Below are positions 55,801-63,257 of a stretch of DNA of 64,000 bases, one piece after another. The first letter of the stretch is position 1. Each line of letters begins with the position of its first letter. Source of the stretch: a virus (lineage: Duplodnaviria; Caudoviricetes). The notes below the pieces were generated by a model, which did not search any database, was not told the origin of the DNA, and worked only from the letters and a program-made list of their open reading frames with translations. The stretch lies in IMG/VR virus record IMGVR_UViG_3300047160_036266, positions 160,001 to 224,000 of that record, one strand, 5' to 3'. Made by a program: the position numbers and the translations under genes.

Positions 55801-58800
55801 CCCAGGACCGTCCTGGCCGATATATTAGCGACGGCATTGTGTGCCGTGCTGGCGAATGCGCCCAGGACCGTCCTGGCCGATATATTGGCGACTGCGTTAC
55901 GAACCGGACTTGCTGTTGCACCAAGCGTGGTTCTGGCCGATATATTGGCCACGGCGTTGTGCGTCGTGGTGGCGAGCGCCCCCAGGAGGGTTCTCGCAGA
56001 GATGGTGACGACGCCGTTGCGTATCGGGCTTGCTTTTGCGCCCAGGCTGGTCATGCCGGCAAGTTGCGCAGAAGCAGCTAAGGTGGAGGTTTCGTTTGCG
56101 GCCAGGGTGGCGACAGCATGGATGGCACTTCCGCTGACATAACGGACTGCTGCTCGTGTGGTCAACGTGGATGCGCTGACCATTTGCGACAGGCCAGGGC
56201 GGATGACTCCTGTGAAGGAGATAACCGTCGTAAGATCGGTGATGAAAACCCTGCCCGTTACCGTGCCCAAAAGAGTGGACGAGACAGTGGTTTTACCTGT
56301 GAGCGTGGCAGTGCCGGCGCGAGTGACAGCGCTGGTGGCACCAAGCGTTGACCGGGCAGCTAGGAGTCCTACGGCATTACGCGCCGCCGCACCCCTGGCG
56401 GTGATTGTCGTAATGTCTGCCAGGTGGCTGGTCGCCACATGGACCACTGCTGCTGTGCCGGCGAGTGTAGTAGCTGCCTGTAGCGTGGCTGCGGCAACGT
56501 GGACCGTGAAGCCCGTTGCTGCGAGCTTCGTGGCAGCCACCATTGAGGTTTGGCCGATATGGGTTATGGTTGCACTGGTGGGCGTGAAGCTGACATTACA
56601 CCGAAGTGCAGCCGAATCACTTCGGACAGCACGGGACACAAACAATGTGGTGGTCGTGCTATTGAGGAGAGCAGCGGCCCCGTAATTGGTTCTTGCTTTC
56701 GCCGTGATGGTAACGCCAGCAGCCAGTGTTGCCGTGGCACTACGAATAAGAGCGGCGGTTGGAACAACAGTTGATACCGCTGTAATGTTCGCAACCGCAT
56801 TATGCGTAATGATGACGGCCTGGCCGGTGACTCCACCGTAGTCAATTTCAAAGGAGTTTACTTCGCTGGAGTCAATTTCGCCTATCTGCGTGTTTTGAAT
56901 AGTGAACGCCGTCGCAGCGACGAGTGCAGCACTTCCATTAACGAACTTCTTGGCCGCAGCAGTCACCGTGCAGACTGCCGCCAGCGGGGCACTGATCTTG
57001 GCCGTTGTTTGGGACGTGCCCGTGAGCTTGGAGGAAGCAGTTAATGCTGCCTGACCATTACGGTATATTTTTCCGCCAACAACAGTCGTGGCCACGGCGG
57101 CAAGTGCCGCCGCTCCATTGCGGAACCTAATGCCACTGAACGTCGTCGTGCAGGAACCTGCCAAGGACGCTTTGCCTTGGTGAGTGCCTGCGGCAGTAAA
57201 GGTTGTTTTCGCAGCAGCGGCAAGGAAAGCTCCACCGACACCGTTCTTGCCTGCCTTGGGAGTTATGGTGCAGACACCAGCCAGGTTCGCAATTGCATTG
57301 TGCGTAACGGTGTAAGGAACGCCAAGGATTTTGCCCCCGTCGATGGGCATGACATCCACTGGCATCGAATCAATCGCCCCTTTTCGCTTAAATGGCAGCG
57401 ACAGGGTGGTTTTCGCCGCTAACGCCGCAGTCGCCTGGTGGACCAAAGGTGCATTGGTCAGCATCGAGGTCGATGCCTGGAGGCTGGAGGCACCCTGAAC
57501 TAATGTTGTAAAGACGGTGAAGTTATCAAACCAAACGTAGTTGGTCGTTGAAACGGCTCGGATTCCATGCTTGGTGGCCGTGGCAAACGTCGGGTCGTTC
57601 CAGGTCGCAACGGGATTGGCATTGACGTAAAACGTCATCTGACTACCCAGGAGGCTAATTTGCATTAGCCAGGGATTGTTGATGTTTACGCCTACGTTCC
57701 AGTTGGTAACTTGTACGGGAGCGCCACCATTAGCCTGGTAGAGTATGTATTGAGCCGGCGATCCTCCATAGTTCATGAGCATCCAGTAATGAGTGCTATC
57801 AACATAACGGAAGACCAGTCCGCAAACCGCATTGGAAAGTGTCAGCGTGGCGGGTCCGCTGCCTGCCTCGCTGTACATATTGCACTTGATCGTGCAGTCG
57901 CTCATCGAGCTATCGACTACATAGCCGGCGTAGCCGGTTGTGTCGATGGTCGTAGGTACGGCAGCAAAGCTCGGCCACACAAAAACCGACCCAGGTGCCG
58001 CCGCCGTAACCATCATGCAGTTGGGGTCCACCCTCGTCCACCCTGGTCCCGCATCCATGATGTGGGTTAGCAGGTCGGTATTGGCAGCGTCAGTAAAGGA
58101 ATCGAATATCTTGAGCTTGAGCGGTCTTGCGGACAAGCTCGATTGGCAGGTAAGTGAAGCCGATGCCAGCTTGATCGGTGGGCCAGGAACGTAATCGACC
58201 ATCAGGCCGGTCCACGTCATTTTGGTCTTGGCGGTGGCCGATAGTTCCTGTGCGCCCGTTTGCACGTTATCAAGGCCCTGTACCAGCCACGGTTGGGTGG
58301 TGGCGGGGTCCACATCACTGATGAGGCCCATCAGTGTATAAGTTGCGGTCTGGCTCGCTCCACCGCCTAAAAGGTTGGTCGTGCCGGATCGCAGTACGAC
58401 ACCGACGTTGGCCCCGGCGGCGCTTTGAGCGCAGGTGGCGGCAGCCATGACGGAGTTGACCGTTCCGTATAGGCCGGCGGCTTCATGGCCCTGAAAGGCT
58501 TCCGTTTCCAGATCGCCCACATGCCCGGTGGATAATAGGTAAGTCGTGTCGCCGTTCGGTGGGCGTTCGTTGACCTGTTGGTAATTGCTGCCGCTGCCCG
58601 CACCAATGGACCACTGCTGATAAGAACCAGGAGCATAGGGCAGGACGCATCTGCAACCACCGGCTCCTGGGTAGCCGGCCATCGTTACCAACAGATCGTC
58701 AAAGCTGAAAGTGAGTGCCCCGGTATTTGAACCCCAAAACTTGCCCACCGCCACAGAGCCGGTGGGGTTGGAGGTAAGGTTGGCAGTTGTGGAATTGCCG

Positions 58801-59531
58801 TCAACTGTACCGTTGATTTTCCATTGGACATTAGCGGCGGGGCCGGTGCCTACCATGCACTCGAAACGATACCATGTGCCGGTGCTTAATGTGGTAGTGC
58901 CGGTTACTACCGCCCCGCTGCTGGGGTAGCAGTATATTTTTCCAGTATTGTCTACGCCGAAATAGCACTTTTGTGATGCGGAACTTCCTTTTTGCAAAGG
59001 AGCCAAAAAACAGGCGGGTGTGCCGGCATTGACTGGATACGAGTCTATCCGTAACATGAGTCGGCAGTAGACCGTGCCTGCACTCATCGCATTGTTTGCT
59101 GTCGTGCCATTACTAGCCCTGCCGCCTATTAAAACATAAGCCGTGTTGGCAGCCGTGGGCGATATTTGCATACCATAGCTGGACCAAGAACCGGGGGTGG
59201 TCGTTATTATGGTTGGCGTACCATTCACCAGGAACGCTTCAGACAAATCGCCAGTTTCCCAGCCGCAAATGATTTGCGTTCCGCTCGGCTTGAAGCCGGT
59301 GGCTGTTATGGTTGTGTTGGCAACCAGCATAGCTTGCGGGTATGAAGGCGAAGTCAGATATAGGCTTCCCAGAGGCTCACCGGCCAGGGGCGCTGGCACG
59401 GTGTTGACCGGGTTGAGTTTACTTAGCTGAGATGTGGACGTAAAGGACGTAACGGCAGCCAGCACAGCTTGAGGCTGTGTGCTGAGTAGACTGGCTTCCG
59501 CATTGCCCGCAATGGGCAGTTGTCCCTGCAT
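49872..59531 (-). CDS. Giant (3219 aa) repeat fibre/adhesin-like virion protein
   Basis: A/T/V/G-rich 20-aa repeats interrupted by beta-sandwich-like domains; coupled to the fibre paralogs. Confidence 0.8.
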   Translation of the reverse strand: MQGQLPIAGNAEASLLSTQPQAVLAAVTSFTSTSQLSKLNPVNTVPAPLAGEPLGSLYLTSPSYPQAMLVANTTITATGFKPSGTQIICGWETGDLSEAFLVNGTPTIITTTPGSWSSYGMQISPTAANTAYVLIGGRASNGTTANNAMSAGTVYCRLMLRIDSYPVNAGTPACFLAPLQKGSSASQKCYFGVDNTGKIYCYPSSGAVVTGTTTLSTGTWYRFECMVGTGPAANVQWKINGTVDGNSTTANLTSNPTGSVAVGKFWGSNTGALTFSFDDLLVTMAGYPGAGGCRCVLPYAPGSYQQWSIGAGSGSNYQQVNERPPNGDTTYLLSTGHVGDLETEAFQGHEAAGLYGTVNSVMAAATCAQSAAGANVGVVLRSGTTNLLGGGASQTATYTLMGLISDVDPATTQPWLVQGLDNVQTGAQELSATAKTKMTWTGLMVDYVPGPPIKLASASLTCQSSLSARPLKLKIFDSFTDAANTDLLTHIMDAGPGWTRVDPNCMMVTAAAPGSVFVWPSFAAVPTTIDTTGYAGYVVDSSMSDCTIKCNMYSEAGSGPATLTLSNAVCGLVFRYVDSTHYWMLMNYGGSPAQYILYQANGGAPVQVTNWNVGVNINNPWLMQISLLGSQMTFYVNANPVATWNDPTFATATKHGIRAVSTTNYVWFDNFTVFTTLVQGASSLQASTSMLTNAPLVHQATAALAAKTTLSLPFKRKGAIDSMPVDVMPIDGGKILGVPYTVTHNAIANLAGVCTITPKAGKNGVGGAFLAAAAKTTFTAAGTHQGKASLAGSCTTTFSGIRFRNGAAALAAVATTVVGGKIYRNGQAALTASSKLTGTSQTTAKISAPLAAVCTVTAAAKKFVNGSAALVAATAFTIQNTQIGEIDSSEVNSFEIDYGGVTGQAVIITHNAVANITAVSTVVPTAALIRSATATLAAGVTITAKARTNYGAAALLNSTTTTLFVSRAVRSDSAALRCNVSFTPTSATITHIGQTSMVAATKLAATGFTVHVAAATLQAATTLAGTAAVVHVATSHLADITTITARGAAARNAVGLLAARSTLGATSAVTRAGTATLTGKTTVSSTLLGTVTGRVFITDLTTVISFTGVIRPGLSQMVSASTLTTRAAVRYVSGSAIHAVATLAANETSTLAASAQLAGMTSLGAKASPIRNGVVTISARTLLGALATTTHNAVANISARTTLGATASPVRNAVANISARTVLGAFASTAHNAVANISARTVLGAFASTAHNAVANISAKTTLAATASPVRNAVFNIAANTTFAGTSLVVHHAVAPLLATTTTLVTGVIVHSATTTIIAGSSLVAAGRVTHVAASLLTGNTLVLARAVATRVAGAMLTATTTITAATSGTLVGHAVLQANTTLAVTAKLTHNATANLVAVTTTAATAAVTHVASAVMRALNTIIARSAALRPGFASLTNRATVGAKAASKHRGIAFISATTHLATTGRCIRNAVSTLAASATLAATSQGTMRAGAALEANATLALRYSYLGMIDSQPINAGPINGGMQVGNPVMVTHNAIAALSANSLLVGTGRTQSSAAILLSGTTNVIGQAAVFHTGVTSFVCNASAWVRAVVTRNAAATLTATTTITAATSGTLVGHVMLQGDTSFGGVGCITAAGVCRITAISTTASTTTVTHNGTTLLAALSTLISPAAVARPGAVSIQATTAVVAIPAAVRHAGATLISTTNGVSVQLLDHFTDVNSTYLQNHTMDSGQAWTVAAGTWYIQNNQLNNLGGNGYAWANTGTTHYSAQITFVNPGVNDNGLIFRIIDTNNLWIWGIKGKLYEVISNAGTLYLDLGYTPVNGDTIGITVSGDTVDVYLNGVLKGTHTGATQTATLTDTRVGLCSVSDPNPIWDNFSVLTKVAQPTGTVTHNAAASLAAQTIVAATPAAIRWDAAALVARTTLTDAGRVAYSATALLASDLTVSGTAIAARNAVLSLQADTTLATTGIVSHAAHALLVGNAIVTSMAAVSHVGAVSMTARTTISAATSGTLVGDVIFTVNTVVTSFAGAIRNADTRLHIVSSVLAVGSATHTGTANMGAVTTLAATSVAARPAAAAIAATVTVTSIGKTLYGAGTAIKGSTQVTASAAVTHTAAVALVATSTVLPAANPVYSGTANLAAISTITAFTSNKVAVEASLSCVTVMGAVPSVELGASASLTDIATVGTTAAVTQGATCHIVSTALVMAVAAPTRNGAATIGATTTLLVTGVVDHIGSSAMLAQSAVMVAASPVHNGAATLTAQTTMVLATSGTKVGHAVITCSTTFGAVPNVNLGGSVSLTGICTTTVNGAAVHTGIGYLVAVTSVAANASAIRPAAILIPATATFLSTGVVTHAGACNMAVQTTVSPQVSLAHNAVAALDSITTITAATSRRVVGGATLSCSTLVGGIAEVNMGASAALVDVSTVAITPAVRHNTTSDMSAITLLMANSAPVRMGAAFIVATSTLTSTGVVLHNAIANITSQTKLLPVASVSRPASVVLGATVTLASTSAVTHNATSIIVGDSSLTVTGTTIHLGAAVLTAKTTITAATSGTMVAHVNILAITTFTSSGRIAHEAVANLMDVTTVGAAANAVYAGGSNIIGNTTVGATPASVRSGTAILAATTLVSATSNPVRNAAGGLQAFTMLTASGVVAHIASTQILVNTTLTAMAGLAIQPAAATIVAKTTLAATSQVARKAAAVMRGKTTIIAATVGTIVGNVMMTATTVFLAQADTILGANALLTDVTTVASTAAVMHNGVTNITATSSVTATGLTVHNAVALITAQTTLVPAAYVGPRGILTCITSLTAPTTVLHTAGAALVSTTTLTAVESEIFDGQASLGAITTTLVTGWTAHVSGVSIQSVASLSAYAIVDYVAAATLTSDTTLASTAQMTLRGTALLAADTTLIAFNVAIEAGVCHMQAVTTTGAFAGVILGGIASVVCEWYFGADADVISAGNALLAGNTTVGAYANAHWVAAANISCTTKLTPKPWYILNTTGTSVGYAVVNGIGQIVALPSRTILYPPGTWVYAQGQGCRVEVVESVHMTAQQNVYVMVSGRIFREDMLSVVYQYPIYQAMTFQKALEGGASHYGESNITATQNGKTIRNYNAFGCVNYTLAPAKAVAPTHPSQFMNLTHVPTTPPVPVPPQDVPVGRYPPPTVLIPTPYVHKHVPGRSGQSQRVSGKHTPVKAGRAVSSSTRTAPVERVNMQQTKANKQRGRRR
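55754..55993 (-). repeat. 60-nt coding tandem repeat (about 4 units)
   Basis: TGGCCGATATATT recurs every 60 nt; unit NAVANISARTVLGAFASTAH. Confidence 0.9.
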
Positions 59532-59534
59532 TCC

Positions 59535-60713
59535 TTACCCCCAGATAGTCCCTGTGACGCCACCCGCAAGCTGATTGGTGTAAAAGTCATAAAAAGTGAT
59601 GACGTTGCTTCCTGTGATGTACTCGACGGGCTGCAAGTAGTGATAGCCAATCCCCGGAAATTGATTGTATTCGGCAGTTATCATACCTTCGATAGCTGAT
59701 GCTGTCCCACCAAACTGAGGGATATAGGAGTCGGTAAAGCTCGGCGCTCCGGTTCCGTCGAGAGTTAGTCCTAAACTCCCGAAGGTGTTTACAGCACAGG
59801 AGAGTATGCACGAGGCCCGCACATTGACCACCCGCACGGGCGGGGTGAGGCCGTATACAAATTCCACGGCTCGGACTTTGGTAACGTCACCGTTTTGACC
59901 ACGCCAAGCCAAAGGCCCGGTGACATTCCAGCTTCCGGTCTGTGGGAAGTTTGCGATCCGGCGTGGTAACTGGTTGTAGAAGTTCCAAACGAAGCGCTGT
60001 TTTGGAGCATCAGCCGTCGTGGTTGCGCTGGTAGGGTAGATTGTTCCCAGATAGCGCCAGCCATTGGTAACTACGCTGACCATCGGTATGCCGTCCACAT
60101 AATTGATAGCCGTCTGCCGGGTGGTTGCGGTTTGCCATTGGGCGTAGTTCAACTGTAACCCAGCGTTATCTACGACGAACACATCGTAGGGTAAACCGGC
60201 TGTTAAACCCGATAAAGACAAGCTCAGTTCGGTGAAATCAAAAATTCTCCACTGACCCGCTCCCTGCGTTTGTGGCTCCGGTATGGCGATCTGGCCCCCT
60301 GCCAGGGGCGTAAAGTAGAGAGTGGAACCGCTCGTGGAGTCCGCACCTGGCTGTCCGCTGACCAATCCCAAACGTCCTTCGCAGAGAGAAGGTCGCACAC
60401 GGGGCAGATACGCACTTATTGCTGTCAAGAACACATCTTTGTTGCCGCCAGAAAAATTGGTGAACGATCCTGTCCCCACGCTGCCATCAAGGACATAGCT
60501 CCTTGTCAGGGTGGCGCTGCCGCTGTCGATGCTACCGACGCCCGTTTCCCAATCCCCGGCGGTTTGGTGGGCGATGCAGTAGGTGGTCTGGAGGGCAGCG
60601 CCGGTGGTGTTCAACTGCTTCCAGGGGCCGGTGGCGGCATTGAGAGTGAAATTGCCCGTCCCGGTTGACGTTGACGTTTGCTTGCGGCGGTCGTAGTACA
60701 GGGGATTCGGCAT
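59535..60713 (-). CDS. Tail fibre/spike-like protein, paralog 3
   Basis: DRRKQTSTSTGTG...WETGVG...LTR...NFSGGNKDVF; CEGRL...TLYFTP. Confidence 0.75.
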   Translation of the reverse strand: MPNPLYYDRRKQTSTSTGTGNFTLNAATGPWKQLNTTGAALQTTYCIAHQTAGDWETGVGSIDSGSATLTRSYVLDGSVGTGSFTNFSGGNKDVFLTAISAYLPRVRPSLCEGRLGLVSGQPGADSTSGSTLYFTPLAGGQIAIPEPQTQGAGQWRIFDFTELSLSLSGLTAGLPYDVFVVDNAGLQLNYAQWQTATTRQTAINYVDGIPMVSVVTNGWRYLGTIYPTSATTTADAPKQRFVWNFYNQLPRRIANFPQTGSWNVTGPLAWRGQNGDVTKVRAVEFVYGLTPPVRVVNVRASCILSCAVNTFGSLGLTLDGTGAPSFTDSYIPQFGGTASAIEGMITAEYNQFPGIGYHYLQPVEYITGSNVITFYDFYTNQLAGGVTGTIWG

Positions 60714-60746
60714 TTATACCCTCCCGTGGTCATAGAATGCGCTCAT
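60714..60746 (-). CDS. 10-aa leader mini-ORF MSAFYDHGRV
   Basis: TACATA 5 nt upstream; TAA abuts the next ATG. Confidence 0.45.
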   Translation of the reverse strand: MSAFYDHGRV

Positions 60747-60784
60747 ACCCGTATGTAGTTCTTTTAGATGCAAACCTGCGTGGA

Positions 60785-61981
60785 TTACGCCCAGATGGTG
60801 CCAATGACGCCGGTGGCGTTGCGATTAGCAACGCTGTCATACCATATCACGCCATAGGCTCCTACTGAGATGTCCTCCACGGGTTGCAAATAATGATAGC
60901 CAACGGTTGCTGGAATTTGGTTGTATTCGGCTGTGGCCGTGGTCTGCGCGAAATAGGAGTTGTTGTAAGCGCTACACTCTATTACAACGGAATCGGTATA
61001 GCTCGGCGCTCCGGTTCCATCCAAGGTTAGGCCAAGTCCGACCCAGGTGCCTGTTGTTCCAAGGACGACATAGATCGTAGCGCGAGCGTTGACAGGTCGA
61101 AAGGGTGCCAGGCCGAGGACAAATTCCAGGGCGCGTGCTTTGGTGGCGTCGGCATTCTGAGCGCGCCAGGCCAACAGGCCAGTTGCGGACCAGCTTCCGG
61201 TGCCTGGGAAATTCGCCATTCGCCGTGGCATCTGGTTGTAATAATTCCACACGAATCGCTGTTTGGGGCTGTCAGCCGTGTTGGACGTGTTAGCGGCGTA
61301 AAAGGTGCCCAGGTAGCGATAGCCTTGGGTCGCTGGTCCGACCATTGGAATGCCGTCTACATATGTAATTGCCGATGAGCGGGTCGTTGCGTTGGTCCAC
61401 TGGTTTGCGCCAAGGGACAAGGTGCCGTTGCTATCCCCCACAAAAATATCGTAGCACATGCCGGCAGTAAGACCAATCACACCTAAACTGATGCTCATTT
61501 CAGTGAAATCGTACAGTTTCCACTGGCCGGTTCCCAAAGTAGGTTCCGGCATGGCGATCTGGTTCCCCATGTAAGGGGTAAAATACAAAGTTGACCCGCT
61601 CGCTGAGTCGGCACCGGGCGACCCGCTAACCAGTCCCAACCGTCCCTCGCAAATCCCAGGTCTTACGCGAGGTAGGTACGAACTAATGGCCGTTGAGAAC
61701 ACATCCTTGTTCCCACCCGAAAAATTGGTAAATGTACCGGGGCCGGCGCTGCCATCGAGGGCGTAAGTTCTAGTTAGCGTGCTGCTTGTACTGTCAACGC
61801 TGCCCACGCCTGTCTCCCAATCCCCTGCTGTCTGGTGGGCTATACAGTAGGTGAGGGTGAGAGCAGCGCCGCTGGTGTTCAGTTGCTTCCAAGGGCCTGT
61901 CGGAGCCGTGAGAGTAAAGGCACCCGTCCCGGTAGTAATGGAAGGTTGCTTGCGGCGGTCGAAGTAGACGGGATTGGGCAT
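60785..61981 (-). CDS. Tail fibre/spike-like protein, paralog 2
   Basis: Same motifs end to end as its neighbours. Confidence 0.75.
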   Translation of the reverse strand: MPNPVYFDRRKQPSITTGTGAFTLTAPTGPWKQLNTSGAALTLTYCIAHQTAGDWETGVGSVDSTSSTLTRTYALDGSAGPGTFTNFSGGNKDVFSTAISSYLPRVRPGICEGRLGLVSGSPGADSASGSTLYFTPYMGNQIAMPEPTLGTGQWKLYDFTEMSISLGVIGLTAGMCYDIFVGDSNGTLSLGANQWTNATTRSSAITYVDGIPMVGPATQGYRYLGTFYAANTSNTADSPKQRFVWNYYNQMPRRMANFPGTGSWSATGLLAWRAQNADATKARALEFVLGLAPFRPVNARATIYVVLGTTGTWVGLGLTLDGTGAPSYTDSVVIECSAYNNSYFAQTTATAEYNQIPATVGYHYLQPVEDISVGAYGVIWYDSVANRNATGVIGTIWA

Positions 61982-61998
61982 TTTTTCCTTTCTTTGAA

Positions 61999-63171
61999 TT
62001 AGGCCCAGATCGTACCTTGAACGCCGCCGACAAAGCGGTTGGCATAATAATCGTACCAGCCTACGGTTCCCGTGCCGACCTGGATGGCTTCTGTGGGCTG
62101 AAGGTAGTGATACCCGATAGGTGGAATTTGATTATATTCGGCAGTCATAAAACCTGACTGGTTGCCGCCACCTTCCACTGTGAACGCATCAGTGAGGCTA
62201 GGTGTCCAGTTTGCCGATGAAGCATCTAGTGTCAGCCCTAGTTCTGGGAAGGTGCCTGCGGGTGTGTTGTAGTAAATCGCCGCACGGACATTAACAGGTC
62301 GCAGCGGAGGCGTTAGGCCGATAACGAACTCAACGGCTCGTGCTTTGGTGGTATCGGTGTTTTGTCCCCGCCATGCCAGGTTGCCCACTCCGCTCCAGGT
62401 TCCGGTGGCAGGAAAGTTTCCCATTCGGCGTGGTATCGAGTTGTAGTAATTCCACACAAACCTCTGTTTGGGGTAGTCCGCCGTGGTAGTCGCAGTAACC
62501 GGGTTGATCGTACCCAGGTAGCGGTAATTACCTATCAATGGAATCCCGTCCACAAAAGTAATTGCCACCGAACGCGCTGTTGCACTGGCCCATTGTTGAG
62601 TGCTTAAACCTAAAACGCCGTTGGTATCAACGAGAGAAACGTCAAATGGGATGTTTGCAATTTGCCCGGAAATCGGAGTGCTGATTTCGGTAAAGTCATA
62701 CAGTTTCCACTGGCCGGCTCCCATACTGGCGGTTTCAGGCATGGCGACCTGAGTGCCTTGAAATGGGGTAAAGTACACTGTCGAACTACTTGTTACGTCT
62801 GTGGTGGGCGAGCCGCTTTGCAGTCCCAGGCGTCCATGACACGTCCAGGGGTTGACGCGAGGCATATAGTTTGCCAGCGGCGTGATGAAAACGTCTTTAT
62901 TGCCGCCGGAGAAATTAGTAAGATTACCCGCCCCGGCGCTGCCATCAAACACTGTACTCCGTGTGAGGGTCTGACTAAGGTTGTCCACACTGCCCAGGCC
63001 GACTTCCCAATCACTGGCGGTCTGGTGGGCAATACAATAGGGAATAGCAAGAGTCGAAGGCGTTGTATTCAGGGCCTTCCACGGGCCGACCACGGGATTA
63101 AGCGTGAAAGCGCCCTGTCCCGTGCTTGTAGACACCTGCTTGCGGCGGTCGAAGTAGATGGGATTGGGCAT
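61999..63171 (-). CDS. Tail fibre/spike-like protein, paralog 1
   Basis: Same motifs end to end as its neighbours. Confidence 0.75.
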   Translation of the reverse strand: MPNPIYFDRRKQVSTSTGQGAFTLNPVVGPWKALNTTPSTLAIPYCIAHQTASDWEVGLGSVDNLSQTLTRSTVFDGSAGAGNLTNFSGGNKDVFITPLANYMPRVNPWTCHGRLGLQSGSPTTDVTSSSTVYFTPFQGTQVAMPETASMGAGQWKLYDFTEISTPISGQIANIPFDVSLVDTNGVLGLSTQQWASATARSVAITFVDGIPLIGNYRYLGTINPVTATTTADYPKQRFVWNYYNSIPRRMGNFPATGTWSGVGNLAWRGQNTDTTKARAVEFVIGLTPPLRPVNVRAAIYYNTPAGTFPELGLTLDASSANWTPSLTDAFTVEGGGNQSGFMTAEYNQIPPIGYHYLQPTEAIQVGTGTVGWYDYYANRFVGGVQGTIWA

Positions 63172-63204
63172 TTATACCCTCCTTTGGTCGTATAAAGCGC
63201 TCAT
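63172..63204 (-). CDS. 10-aa leader mini-ORF MSALYDQRRV
   Basis: TACATA 5 nt upstream; TAA abuts the next ATG. Confidence 0.45.
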   Translation of the reverse strand: MSALYDQRRV

Positions 63205-63257
63205 ATACCTATGTAGGTCCACCAGCCACAATTGTCGCAGGAACACTCCCTTAAACC

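Noticed and set aside
59535-63171. Diversity-generating retroelement or invertible fibre cassette
   Set aside because: No reverse transcriptase or recombinase in the window, no near-identical template/variable pair with A-specific mismatches, and no flanking inverted repeats
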